The translations under genes were made by a program, and so were the position numbers. Under the pieces are notes generated by a model. That model worked only from the letters and a program-made list of their open reading frames with translations, was not told where the DNA came from and ran no database searches. 64,000 bases of DNA from Octopus bimaculoides (taxonomy: Eukaryota), in assembly GCF_001194135.2 (NCBI RefSeq), contig NC_068994.1, positions 55,406,219 to 55,470,218 on the forward strand. Reading direction: 5' to 3'. Below are positions 38,598-50,633 of this stretch, one piece after another (within the stretch, counting starts at the first letter, position 1; each line of letters opens with the position of its first letter).

Positions 38598-38719
38598 AAG
38601 GTGGCGAGCTGGCAGAACCATTTGCACGCCGGGTAAAATGCTTAGCGGGTCCGCCCGTTCTGGGTTCAAATTCCGCCGAGGTCGACTTTGCCTTTCATCC
38701 TTTCGGGGTCGATAAATTA
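38598..38719 (+). mobile_element. SINE family M, 3-prime truncated
   Basis: Head and central domain intact; ends at gataaatta. Confidence 0.9.
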
Positions 38720-39379
38720 CGGATATAAAGAAAATGAGGTGTAAATTCATGTTTGAATTTAATATACGGAACATTAAAAAGCTATTAAAAATAACTGACA
38801 GATATACTTATAAGATAGATAAATGAATTTTAATGTATTTAATCCAGGTAACATTGAAAAACGAACAAGAAAAACGCGAGATAGATAGACAAATTAGAGT
38901 TGGCGTATTGCACATGTTGAGGATTAAGGAAAATAACTGGAAATTGCTAAGTGGAGAAATAGGGAGTGTATGTGTGTGTCTGTTTGTGTGTGTGTATGAG
39001 AGAGGGAGGGGAGGAGAGAGAGTTAAGTGCGTGTTAAGATATTTAATATATGTAACATTAATAAAATTAACTGGGAAAATGTGATGAGGCAGCTAGATAG
39101 AAGGTTTCATAATTAAGTTTGTGTTAATATATCTAATGCACAGAGTATTAAAAAGATAATAGATATGCGGTGCGGCATAGTGACAGAGATAAAAGCTTGT
39201 GTTTTATTTGTTTACATTTTAACATAAAAAGGATGAAAAGCATCGGTTATCATTGTTTGTATGACTTGATATCTGGTATCATGCTTTTGATAAGGGTTTT
39301 AGTTGCTGAAACAGTCGTGAGAAAGCATAGGCTTGTTCTCTGCCTTAAGGGAATTGGTTCTGCAGAACATCGAATATGT

Positions 39380-39592
39380 TAGGCGGTGAGCTGGCAGAAA
39401 CGTTAGCACACCGGGTGAAATGCTTAGCGGTATTTCGCCTGTCTTTATGTTCTGAGTTCAAATTCCGCCGAGGTCGACTTTGCCTTTCATCCTTTCGGGG
39501 TCGATGAATTAAGTACCATTTGCGTACTGGGGTCGATGTAATCGACTGGCCCCCTCCCCCAAAATTTCGGGCCTTGTGCCTAGAGTAGAAAA
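39380..39592 (+). mobile_element. Full-length young family M SINE with 16-bp TSD
   Basis: AGAACATCGAATATGT at 39364-39379 and 39593-39608. Confidence 0.97.
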
Positions 39593-40459
39593 AGAACATC
39601 GAATATGTGATTGCCGGAGCGAAAGATGGCTGAAACAATAAATGGCTGCTACTCGTTTTCAGTTGAGTCAAAAGGAACGAAATTTAAAATACTCGTGATG
39701 AGAGAATTCAGTAAATAAAATGGCTCGATATTTGTTAATGTAGGACTATAAGAAATAATTTTGATTTAATCTTAAGATATTTTGTATATGAAATATGCAA
39801 ATACAGAGGTAGACTTAATATAATTTCTGATGAGTTATTTCATAAATGAAACATTTGTATGACTCGGTTGAGCGAATATTTCTTCAAATTTCCTGTCTTG
39901 AGCATAATTAAATGCAATTAGCCATTATTCGTGCGTATGTTTCATGTGACAGTACGTTGCTGAAATAAAGGAAAATGAAAGATAAATTTCAAGATGTAAA
40001 AAAGAAATGTTATTAATTAATATAGGAGGCGTTCCTTAGATTTAACTTCATAGTTTGTCATGGAATTTTACAGTTTGATTCGACTTTAACGTATTATAAA
40101 ATAACGAAACGAAACGACTGCAGTACAGTATCATTTCACGCCGTTTTGCTTGACGGGTCACATTTTGACCCTTAATGACCAGAAAACTGATCTGTCACAA
40201 CTAGTCTCTATATTGTCTGCGTCTATTTTACAGCATGTTTTAGAACACGTAGGATACAACGTTGAAATTTTACCTGTAGTTACCAACCGCAAAGCGATTT
40301 GTGCCAAGAAAACAACGACCTGATATTTTTTTATTTGTGTTTATCATTTGACTGCCTGCTTACTGGGTATCTATCTAACTAACTATCTACATACACACAC
40401 ATATATATGTATATATGAATGTGTGTATATTTATATATATACATATATATATATATACA

Positions 40460-40520
<61 letters not shown>

Positions 40521-41302
40521 GTATAAATATATATATTTACACTCCTCCCACACACTCACACGTATCACTAAGCACTCTCTCACCATCTGCATTGTTATTT
40601 CCCTCATGTTCTATAAATCTATAACAAACCCCCCTATTATCATATAGCATTCAATTGACGCATCATTGAAATATCATAATGAACCCTTATAAAACTGTGA
40701 TTCCACAATTTATCATCTGTTTTTCCGCCATTACCATCCATTGTTCATTCACCAAGGAAACGTAATATTTACCAGCAAACCATTTTTCCCAAGCAGTCAA
40801 AACGATGTAAAAAAAAAAAAATGAAAAAAAAAAAAATATGAATGAAAATTAAATGAAGGAAAGAAAAAAATTATTAACGACATATCAAGAAAAATAACAC
40901 TTAAAAAATAAGAACGAATAAAAAAAAAACAGAGAATCGCATAAGAAACAAATAAGATAATAAATATAGATAGAAACTGAATCAGGTGATGTCCCCCTTA
41001 GTATCTTTCGTTGTTTCTGTTATAAGGAGAGCGCTAAGGAGGTGCAATGGTAGAATAATTGAGAGAGAAACCTGCCACTGAACCATCGAACAAGGAAAGA
41101 AAAGAAAACAAAAATAAAAGTAAAAAGTAAAAAAGACCCTCAAATCTATGTTGTTTTCACTCATTGAATATTGGGGCTCAAATTTTTTTTAAAATTAACG
41201 CTAATTTGATTGCCGGAAGACAAGTCTTTCGTTAGCAATATAGCTTATTGAATGAGAACGCGAATGTAAGGATTTGGTCGTTGTCCCTTAGGAAATTTTA
41301 GT

Positions 41303-41600
41303 GAAAGTGCGTGGCTGAGTGGTTAGGGCATTCGACTCACGATCATAAGGCCGTGAGTTCGATTCCTGGCACCGTGTTGCGTCCTTGAGCAAGCCACTTT
41401 ATTTCACGTTGCTCTAATCCGCCCAGCTGGCAAAAATAAGTTTTACTTGTAATTCAAAAGGAGGTGGGTAGGGGTGGGGGGTCAGCCTTTGACATATTCT
41501 ATGTCACCCTGAATCTCTCTGAGAACTACGTTAAGGGTACGCGTGTCTGAGGAATACTCAGCCAATTTCACGTTCTGAGTAAGCAGGCTGTTCAACGGAA
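41303..41600 (+). mobile_element. CORE-type SINE family B, tail type 1
   Basis: tggctgagtggttagggcattcgactcacgatc...gagttcgattcc; CORE; tail gagaactacgttaagggtacgcgtgtc...agcaggctgttc. Confidence 0.9.
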
Positions 41601-41967
41601 CAGCTGAGTGTATGTCGTTTAGTAAATTTTACTGAAGTGAGGAGAGAGAGGTAGAGAAGAAAGAGAGAGGTAGAGAAGAGAGAGAGAGGTAGGGAGGGAG
41701 AGAAGAGAGTCAGAGAGAGAGAGGGGGGGGTGAAACTTGACAGATACATGAGCCTACCGTAACTGATTGTTGTTTGAATGTGGGTTGCCGGAAAGGGCTA
41801 GAACAGAGCTCTTGGATTTGGTGTGGCAAAGGAATTCAGTGTTGTGTGTAAAGGGACACCGAATCACTGCCATTTAGGGGTTTCTACTTTGTTCCCACAT
41901 TGTTGTTCTCTATCTTAAGCGCCATTGAATATAACCCGTTTGTTCTGTCATTTTAATTGAATTTTAC

Positions 41968-42180
41968 AAGGTGACAAGCTGTCAGAACCATTAGCACGCC
42001 GGGGGGAAATGCGTAACGCTATTTCGTTCATCTTTATGCTCTGCGTTCAAATTCCGCCGTGGTCGGCTTTGCCTTTCATCTTTTCCTGATCGATAAGTAC
42101 CAGTTGAACATTGGAATCAATATAATTGACTAAACCCCTCCCCCGGAATTACTGGCTTTGTGCAAAAAATATTTGAAACC
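41968..42180 (+). mobile_element. SINE family M
   Basis: Diverged full-length copy ending in tttgaaacc. Confidence 0.85.
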
Positions 42181-42289
42181 AATATTATTCTAACAATTGC
42201 AGACATATGTTCGTTTGGAATTTTACTACAAATTGCTATGTTTGCGAAAATCCTACGAAAATCCAATTTATTCTGTTAATTTATATTTT

Positions 42290-42570
42290 ATCATTAGACT
42301 GCGGTCATGCTGGGGCAACGCCTTGAGAAATTTTAGTCGAATGAATCGGTCACAGTACTCTCTTTTTATAAGCCGGACACTTATTCTATCAGTCTCTATC
42401 GCTGAACTGCTAGGTTTCGGGAACGTAAACACACCAACACCGATTGGTGCTGAACACACACAGACACTCTCTCACATTCGTACACACGCACATATATTTA
42501 AATGTGTGTGTGTGTGTGTGTAACGTGTTTCTTTCAGTCTCTGTCTACCAAATCCACTCACAGCGTGTGT
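42290..42570 (-). mobile_element. SINE family A: central part, (CA)n spacer and tail
   Basis: tttcagtctctgtctaccaaatccactcac at about 42530-42560 joined through a microsatellite to the tail module at 42290-42460. Confidence 0.8.
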
Positions 42571-43502
42571 TCAAAGAGGAGTGCCTCTATTTTGAATCTT
42601 GAGCTCATTTTGTTGTAACTTAACGAATAGGGCAAATAAGTTGCAAAATTATCCAAAACTTTTGATTCTACACGTTTTATTATTTAACAGCTTAATATTA
42701 ATGGTTATTTTAATAAGTTAGTATTAATGGTTTTTTAATAGCCTAATATGTATAGTTAATTAATACTATATAACATAGCATATTACCACCTTAATATCAA
42801 TTGTTCGAACTCCGTCAGTTAATTTATCTGTCATTTCATCGCGTTCATGAAATATGTAACTGAATGACAACAGGATTGATATTAATTTTCAATATGTGTA
42901 AAGCACCGTCCTAGATGTAGCTATTAAATTCAACAATACATTGCCTTTTTTTTTGTTGGTTCAATCAATAGCGAATGAGTCTATCATCTGACCGAGTTAA
43001 TAACTTAAGTATCATAAAGATGATAGGGCCAACAGAATCAAAGAGAAAAGGAAAATTTATAATAACCACCGTCTCAACAGGAGGCAACAGGAAAAAGAAA
43101 AGAGGAAGAAAATGAAAGAAAAAGTGGTTCTTTTGGTGAAATTCTTGTAATGAGATTACTAAGTTAATATATTAAGGAAGTAAGTAGCATTCTTTGTAGA
43201 GGTTGCTTCAAAGATATGAAAGCATAAAGGAAATTGCGTTTTCTTTCGGTGATTTTAAAAAGAGACACGTGATTAATACGCGGAAATATAATGAGCTGGG
43301 GAAAATCTCATTTGTAATGTTTGATATGGAGTCGAGCAGACCTGCTCACATCCATACATACATGCATACATACATACATGCATACATACATACATACATA
43401 CATGCATGCATACATACATACATACATACATGCATACATACATACATGCATACATATAAGTATATATGTATAGTTGTATGTACACAGGTATATACATAAA
43501 TA

Positions 43503-43576
<74 letters not shown>

Positions 43577-43614
43577 GTTATGTATGTGTTTTTTCGTGTT
43601 TTGTTCGAATGGTA

Positions 43615-43700
43615 ACCACTCCTGAAGAAGTGCCAAATGTCTAAATCCAATGGACCAGTCACTGGATAATTTTGGCACAGAAATGTTAACATAGAGTGGT
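43615..43700 (+). ncRNA. Type I hammerhead ribozyme fold
   Basis: Stem I ACCACUC (43615-21)/GAGUGGU (43694-700); core CUGAAGA (43622-28); stem II GUGCCAAA (43630-37)/UUUGGCAC (43671-78) plus inner AUCCA/UGGAU; GAAA at 43680-83; palindromic stem III AUGUUAACAU (43683-92); AUA triplet, predicted cut after 43693. Confidence 0.8.
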
Positions 43701-43786
43701 GAATAAATCGATATATCGAATTTGAAGTCTCTTTTGAATATGAAAATTTAAAAGTTTAAAAACCTTATAATATATANNNNNNNNNN

Positions 43787-43821
<35 letters not shown>

Positions 43822-43830
43822 GTATGTATG

Positions 43831-43864
<34 letters not shown>

Positions 43865-44037
43865 TGTATGTATACACGCACACACATACATATATAGATA
43901 TGCAGGTACTGAAGTACATGCAAAAATACATATAGGAATGCAGAAATTCGTGTGCCTGTATATGTGTTTGTATGAGTGAGTTTGTGCGTGTGTGTGTTTG
44001 TGTGTATGTGTGTGTGAGTGTGTGTGTAAATGCGCGC

Positions 44038-44076
<39 letters not shown>

Positions 44077-44599
44077 TGTTTGTTCCAATAGATATGATGG
44101 AAAAATGATAACCAGTGTTGTGTTATTATTTTTCTGTGATAATCGATTTTCTGCTAAAATATTAATATATTGCCATAATTTTTCCTACCTTTCTACCGAA
44201 CCATAATTAGTTTTGATTCCGATTCCCGATAAAGAATTCATTCAAAATATGGAGATTTGAATTTTCCAATTTGATCCCTTTCTCAGACTTCATAAATCTT
44301 ACTCACTCTCTCTCTGGAAAGAGTACACAGCAAAAATCTGAGAAATAAGTCTGAAACAGAACCACCCGGCAGAAATATGGCCTAGTTTGAAAAAGGCATG
44401 AAAAGCTATGCTGGATTAATAGATGCAATTATTTGATAACGAACCAATACAGACTCCATCACATTAGAACGGTAGGATAATATCAAAAATATTTAAAAAA
44501 TAATTTAAAATGGTTTATTTTCTGAATTAATGTTTTTAGTCCGACATGACTTTTAGTACGAAACGGAACAGAAGAAAAAAGACACCTCTGCTACCAGTC

Positions 44600-45144
44600 T
44601 CGGTAAATCATTAAAGAATTGTTTTGTATGCATGTATGTATGTATGTATGTATGTATGTATGTATGTATGTATGTATGTACGTATATATGTATGTTTGTA
44701 TATATGTATGTACGTTTGTATGTATGTATTTATGTGTGTATCTGTATGTATGTATGTATCCCTGTATATATAATATGAATGCACGGATATATGCATCTAT
44801 GCACGTATGCATGAATAATGCACGCGTATATGTATAAATGTGTTCATGTATTCCTGAATGCACGTATGCATGTATATGTACATGCTCTCAGCGCACATGT
44901 ATCCATACACGCATGCATACATGCGTATATGGGTACATGTATGAATGCTGCACATGAATTTGTATGTTCGGATGCATGCATACATGGATATATGCACGCC
45001 TACAAGCACGTATGCCCGTTTGAATGTAGGTAAGCATGCATGCATACATGTTTATTTGTATTTCTGCACGCACACATGTATGTATGTTTGCTGGTATGTA
45101 TGCATGCATTTTTTACGTATATATATATATATATATATATATAT
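44600..45144. repeat. Degenerate (TATG/TGCA)n alternating purine-pyrimidine array
   Basis: Directly visible. Confidence 0.9.
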
Positions 45145-46233
45145 NNNNNNNNNNNNNNNNNNNNNNNNNNNNNNNNNNNNNNNNNNNNNNNNNNNNNNNN
45201 NNNNNNNNNNNNNNNNNNNNNNNNNNNNNNNNNNNNNNNNNNNNNNNNNNNNNNNNNNNNNNNNNNNNNNNNNNNNNNNNNNNNNNNNNNNNNNNNNNNN
45301 NNNNNNNNNNNNNNNNNNNNNNNNNNNNNNNNNNNNNNNNNNNNNNNNNNNNNNNNNNNNNNNNNNNNNNNNNNNNNNNNNNNNNNNNNNNNNNNNNNNN
45401 NNNNNNNNNNNNNNNNNNNNNNNNNNNNNNNNNNNNNNNNNNNNNNNNNNNNNNNNNNNNNNNNNNNNNNNNNNNNNNNNNNNNNNNNNNNNNNNNNNNN
45501 NNNNNNNNNNNNNNNNNNNNNNNNNNNNNNNNNNNNNNNNNNNNNNNNNNNNNNNNNNNNNNNNNNNNNNNNNNNNNNNNNNNNNNNNNNNNNNNNNNNN
45601 NNNNNNNNNNNNNNNNNNNNNNNNNNNNNNNNNNNNNNNNNNNNNNNNNNNNNNNNNNNNNNNNNNNNNNNNNNNNNNNNNNNNNNNNNNNNNNNNNNNN
45701 NNNNNNNNNNNNNNNNNNNNNNNNNNNNNNNNNNNNNNNNNNNNNNNNNNNNNNNNNNNNNNNNNNNNNNNNNNNNNNNNNNNNNNNNNNNNNNNNNNNN
45801 NNNNNNNNNNNNNNNNNNNNNNNNNNNNNNNNNNNNNNNNNNNNNNNNNNTATATATATATATATATATATATGAATTTATCTATATATATATTTATACT
45901 GAGATATATATACTCACACAGACAAACATACACAAACAATACATAAACGTTTAAACATGCATGTATGCATATGTGTCTGTGTGTTTGTGTGTATGTGACT
46001 GTGTGCGCATACATATATGTATATGTCTATATGTGTGTATGCATACATTTTTGGAATGTGTGAAATACTTTTACAGTTCATTTAATAGCCGGTAATTTCA
46101 AGCTTCTAATTATGTATATATGCATGTATAATATGTATATTTATCCTATTTACATACGGAAGAATGTGTGTATCTGTTTATTATGTATATATGTATGCAT
46201 GTATGTATGCATATATGTATACACGCATACATA

Positions 46234-46449
46234 CGAGGAAATGTTGGAAAGTTCTTGGCTTTAAGGATGTAGCGAAAGGCCTGGTTGGTGGCCTACCCTT
46301 CCGAGTTCTTTTACAGGGTTTAAAAATACTGAAGAACCACTGCAATAGGTGTGTGGCTCTGAGAGAGGAATATGCGAATAAAATTATAATTAAATTATCC
46401 TCTTGTAATTTCTTTTACCCAAAGCCAGGAACTTTTCACCATGCCCTCG
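46234..46449 (+). mobile_element. Internally deleted mariner element, 216 bp
   Basis: TA|CGAGG...GAAAGTTCTTGGCTTT and AAAGCCAGGAACTTTTC...CCTCG|TA termini. Internal LQGLKILKNHCNRCVALREEYA resembles the mariner transposase C-terminus. Confidence 0.85.
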
Positions 46450-46569
46450 TACACATGAGCATGCACACACACACACAGGTATATACATATATACCTTCGT
46501 TCATACATACATACATAATACATACATACATAATACATACATACATACATGCATACATACATACATGAT

Positions 46570-46790
46570 AGGTAAACCTTGATTTGAAACAACGCCAACG
46601 CTTGATTGTTCGCTTAAAGATGAGCTGTACCAGATGTGGCTTCCCATTTCTTTTGTACAGATGTGGAAATGATGGGCACCTCTTTCAGTAGGTGTTCAGT
46701 GAGCTTTTCATCCATGCTGATGCTTTCCTTCATTCCATACTGGTATATATAATTCTTTCGCCTTTCTCAGCTACGGTCAGTCATAGTATG
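46570..46790 (-). mobile_element. Possible RTE-like LINE 3-prime fossil
   Basis: Frame-shifted remnants VWHTMT, YTSME*RKASAW, LTEHLLKEVPIISTSVQKK, GSHIWYS, in the expected order. Confidence 0.4.
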
Positions 46791-46835
46791 CCACACATAA
46801 TCGTTAAAGATATAGCGATGCCTGTGTCTGAAGTA

Positions 46836-46869
<34 letters not shown>

Positions 46870-46925
46870 GAGTACTCAACACATTTACTGGGAGTTACAT
46901 GTTTGGATCAAAACAGTTTAAAGCG

Positions 46926-46983
46926 TGATGCTAGTCTTCAGCAATTCTGAATTTGAATTCAAAATTGCTGAAGATTAGCATCA
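46926..46983. other. 58-nt near-perfect palindrome / pre-miRNA-like hairpin
   Basis: 28-nt arms with 26 Watson-Crick pairs, one G-U and one C-A mismatch. Confidence 0.7.
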
Positions 46984-48014
46984 AGCTGGAAACTCTGAGT
47001 ACCCACGAATTTCAATCAAATTGTCTTGATCCATATATATCCATCTATCTGCTCATTCAAGGCTGAAAGAGAAAATGGAATTTACGAGGGAAAACAAAAT
47101 ACAACGCGAGAGTTTAAATTAATTTGAATTTACAATCTACATACGTCAGCTTGTGGTCTGTTTCTATTCAGTAAAGCATGGCGTACATCGCAAGAAAGAA
47201 GATAAAAGTTCACTAAAAGATATAAAACAATTCTTATATATTAAAAACTAAAAATATTTACTGACATACTGCTACCAGGACTAAAATATTTACGGTTAGT
47301 CAAAATATCACGATTCAGGAATGAAATAGCAAATTTATGTATGAGATTAATAATTAGGAAAAGTTATTGTAAAAGAGAGAAAACAAAACAAAACAAAAAA
47401 AGAATTAGTGCAGAGTGTCGATTGAAGGAAAGAGATATCACGAAGACGAATAAAGATGAAAAAAAAAATTAGACAAACAATAAACAAGCACGTGGATTTT
47501 GTGTATGTATGTGTTATACATGGAAATATACACACAGACACACATGCACAGACACTCAGACACAAACACACACCCATATACATGATAGTGTATATAGTTA
47601 TATACATATGCTGCTCACACACGAACACACACACATACGGACACATGCACGCACACACACATACGCACACAAATACATACACATACCCGCATGTATATGA
47701 TTGTGGTGAAGAATGAAAATGAATACTCGATACTTTCTCTATTTGCGAAATTACCACGCTACCATTGGTTTCACGGAATTTTCAATCATTCCACTTAATG
47801 TTGTTGGTAAATCGCTTCTGTTTTGGATAAAGCCTCATGAGATTACATGAGATTTTACGGAAGAAAAATTTTTGAATAACGTAATGAAAGTAGAGCATTA
47901 ATTTGATGCGGTTGGCAGATACTAACACTAGCAAATACGGGCAACCGGAAGAATTCCATGATTTTTCACGCGATGTAATGCGGTACCAGCATTAGTGTCA
48001 GCCGACCAATTGGT

Positions 48015-48088
<74 letters not shown>

Positions 48089-48345
48089 GCTTGCCTGGAG
48101 GGGGTCAAGAGGTAGTAGTCATCAACTTTTAGACATTATATTATGTCTATTTATTTATTAGAAAAAAAACAATTATAACAATATACATACATGTATAACA
48201 GATTATGCTTTACATATATAAAAATACCAGTAATTATTAAAATATATAGCGTAGAACATACATATATAATATATATATGTATCTATGTATATATATGTAT
48301 ATATATATAAATAAATATATATATAAACATATATATATACATATG

Positions 48346-48443
<98 letters not shown>

Positions 48444-48757
48444 ATGCATATACATATATACATACATATGTATGTGTTTCCCACCTTGATCTGATGCCTG
48501 TAAAAATATCAATTCGTTAGCATAAGAATATACTCATGAATTTATGGTTTTTCATGTTCGTCTTTAGATCAAGTTGCCATCTGATCAAACAATACTAAGA
48601 ATAATTAGTATTCCTTCTATGACCACCACGTGTAATTTTTGCAGTTTTTTCTTCTTTCAGCTGAGGGTTTTTTTTTATTTCTTGAACAAAGGTCAACAAG
48701 TGAAGGAAAAATCTTGAAACTTAGATACAATAACAAACCTACAATCACAGACAAAGG

Positions 48758-48798
<41 letters not shown>

Positions 48799-49699
48799 AC
48801 ACCCACACACCCACACACCCACACACGCACACGCACCCACACACANNNNNNNNNNCACACACACACATACACACACCCACACACCCACACACCCACACAC
48901 GCACACGCACCCACACACACACGCAAACGCACGCACACACACACGCACACGCACGCACACACACTCTCACAAACACACACATAAACACACACACATACGC
49001 ACATACACACTCACTCTCACACACATACACAGACTCACATACACAGACTCACATACACACATACACACACACACACACTCACTCTTGCACACACTTACAC
49101 ACGTACACACACTCAGACACACGCAGATGCACACTCACTCTCACACACACAGAAACACATACACAGACACTCACTCTCAGACACATACATGCACACACAT
49201 ACAGACAAAAGCACATACATACACACACACACACATACACACACACACATACACACGCCACACACACACACACACACACACAAATACATACACGCGTTGA
49301 GTATATAAACAGGCCCATACACATATGAACACATACCGAAAGAGAAACTAAAAATGCAGAAAGATCCATATTCCTGTATCATTTCTATTTCCTGCACCCA
49401 GTTTCACTTACAAAGGCTTGCAATAAATAACGGATGTTCGTTCTTGTTAAGGTCTCACGTACAAAAGTAAGAGCGAAATATCTGGTGAATAATTTTGTTA
49501 AACAAAGAAAACATATTTACGAACCACACCCAGTTATACGAGGGAGTGAGAAAGAAATAGTTACGAAGACATTTGTTGGCAAAGAGCTACACGACGTAGG
49601 AAATGAAGAGGATAAGAAACCACAATAACATCACCATCCACCTCCCACAAAACATACCGCCATTTTTACTATAACGAAAACAACTACCATCGTAATAAT

Positions 49700-50062
49700 A
49701 ACAGCCATGATAATGATTTGGCACGAAATCACGAATAATTATGGGGGTTGTAGAGTTGCTTGAATCAACAGAAGTATACTTCGCGTGTGTTCTTTAACTG
49801 CTGCTATTATCATACAGTGGAAGTAAAAGAGCAGCGTTAACAACAGCTACAGCAATAATGGTAATAAGCTCTTTGACTATAGGCACAAGGCCTGAAATTT
49901 ACGTTGACACCCCCACCCCACCCGCCAGTGTTCAACTGGTACTTAATTTATCGACCCCGAATGGTTGAAAGGCAAAGTCGACCTCGGCGGAATTTAAACC
50001 CAGAACGCAAAGATGAACAAAATGCTGCATAGCATTTTGTTCGGCATGCTAACGATTCCACC
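49700..50062 (-). mobile_element. Family M SINE (49870-50062) preceded by an older remnant
   Basis: ggtacttaatttatcgaccccgaatggttgaaaggcaaagtcgacctcggcggaatttaaacccagaacg. Confidence 0.85.
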
Positions 50063-50083
50063 ACACACACAAACACACACGCA

Positions 50084-50136
<53 letters not shown>

Positions 50137-50179
50137 GCACACATAAATATATATATGTGTGTGTGTGTGTGTTCTTCGT

Positions 50180-50420
50180 ATGTTCTTCTTAACCACTACG
50201 TGATCGAGAAACTCGCTTTGGGCACAGTTCCACTAGACGACACCTTGGGCGTGTGTCTTCTACTATGATTCGGAACCAATCAATGTCTTGTCATTGAATT
50301 TGGAAGACACGAAGACACACAGACAGACAGACAGACAGACAGAAAGACAGACAGACACACAGACACGCAGACACACGCGACGAACTTATTTCAGTTTCCG
50401 TCTACCAAGGCTTTATCCTC
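50180..50420. mobile_element. Old family A fragments in opposite orientations around (CAGA)n
   Basis: caccttgggcgtgtgtcttctactat (+) and tttcagtttccgtctaccaa (-). Confidence 0.6.
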
Positions 50421-50472
50421 GACCTTTTCTTCTTCTTCTTCTTCTTCTTCTTCTTCTTCTTCTTCTTCTTCT

Positions 50473-50510
<38 letters not shown>

Positions 50511-50557
50511 TTCCTTTCTTTCTTTCTTTCTTTCTTTCTTTACTTTCTTTCTTTATC

Positions 50558-50593
<36 letters not shown>

Positions 50594-50597
50594 TCCT

Positions 50598-50633
<36 letters not shown>

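Noticed and set aside
39827-39852. CTGATGA...GAAAC hammerhead core
   Set aside because: Weak AU-only stem II, and no stem I or stem III partner with a UH site.
46968-47001. CTGAAGA...GAAACTCTGAGTA hammerhead core
   Set aside because: Stem I is 1 bp, and the core is sequestered in the long hairpin at 46926-46983.
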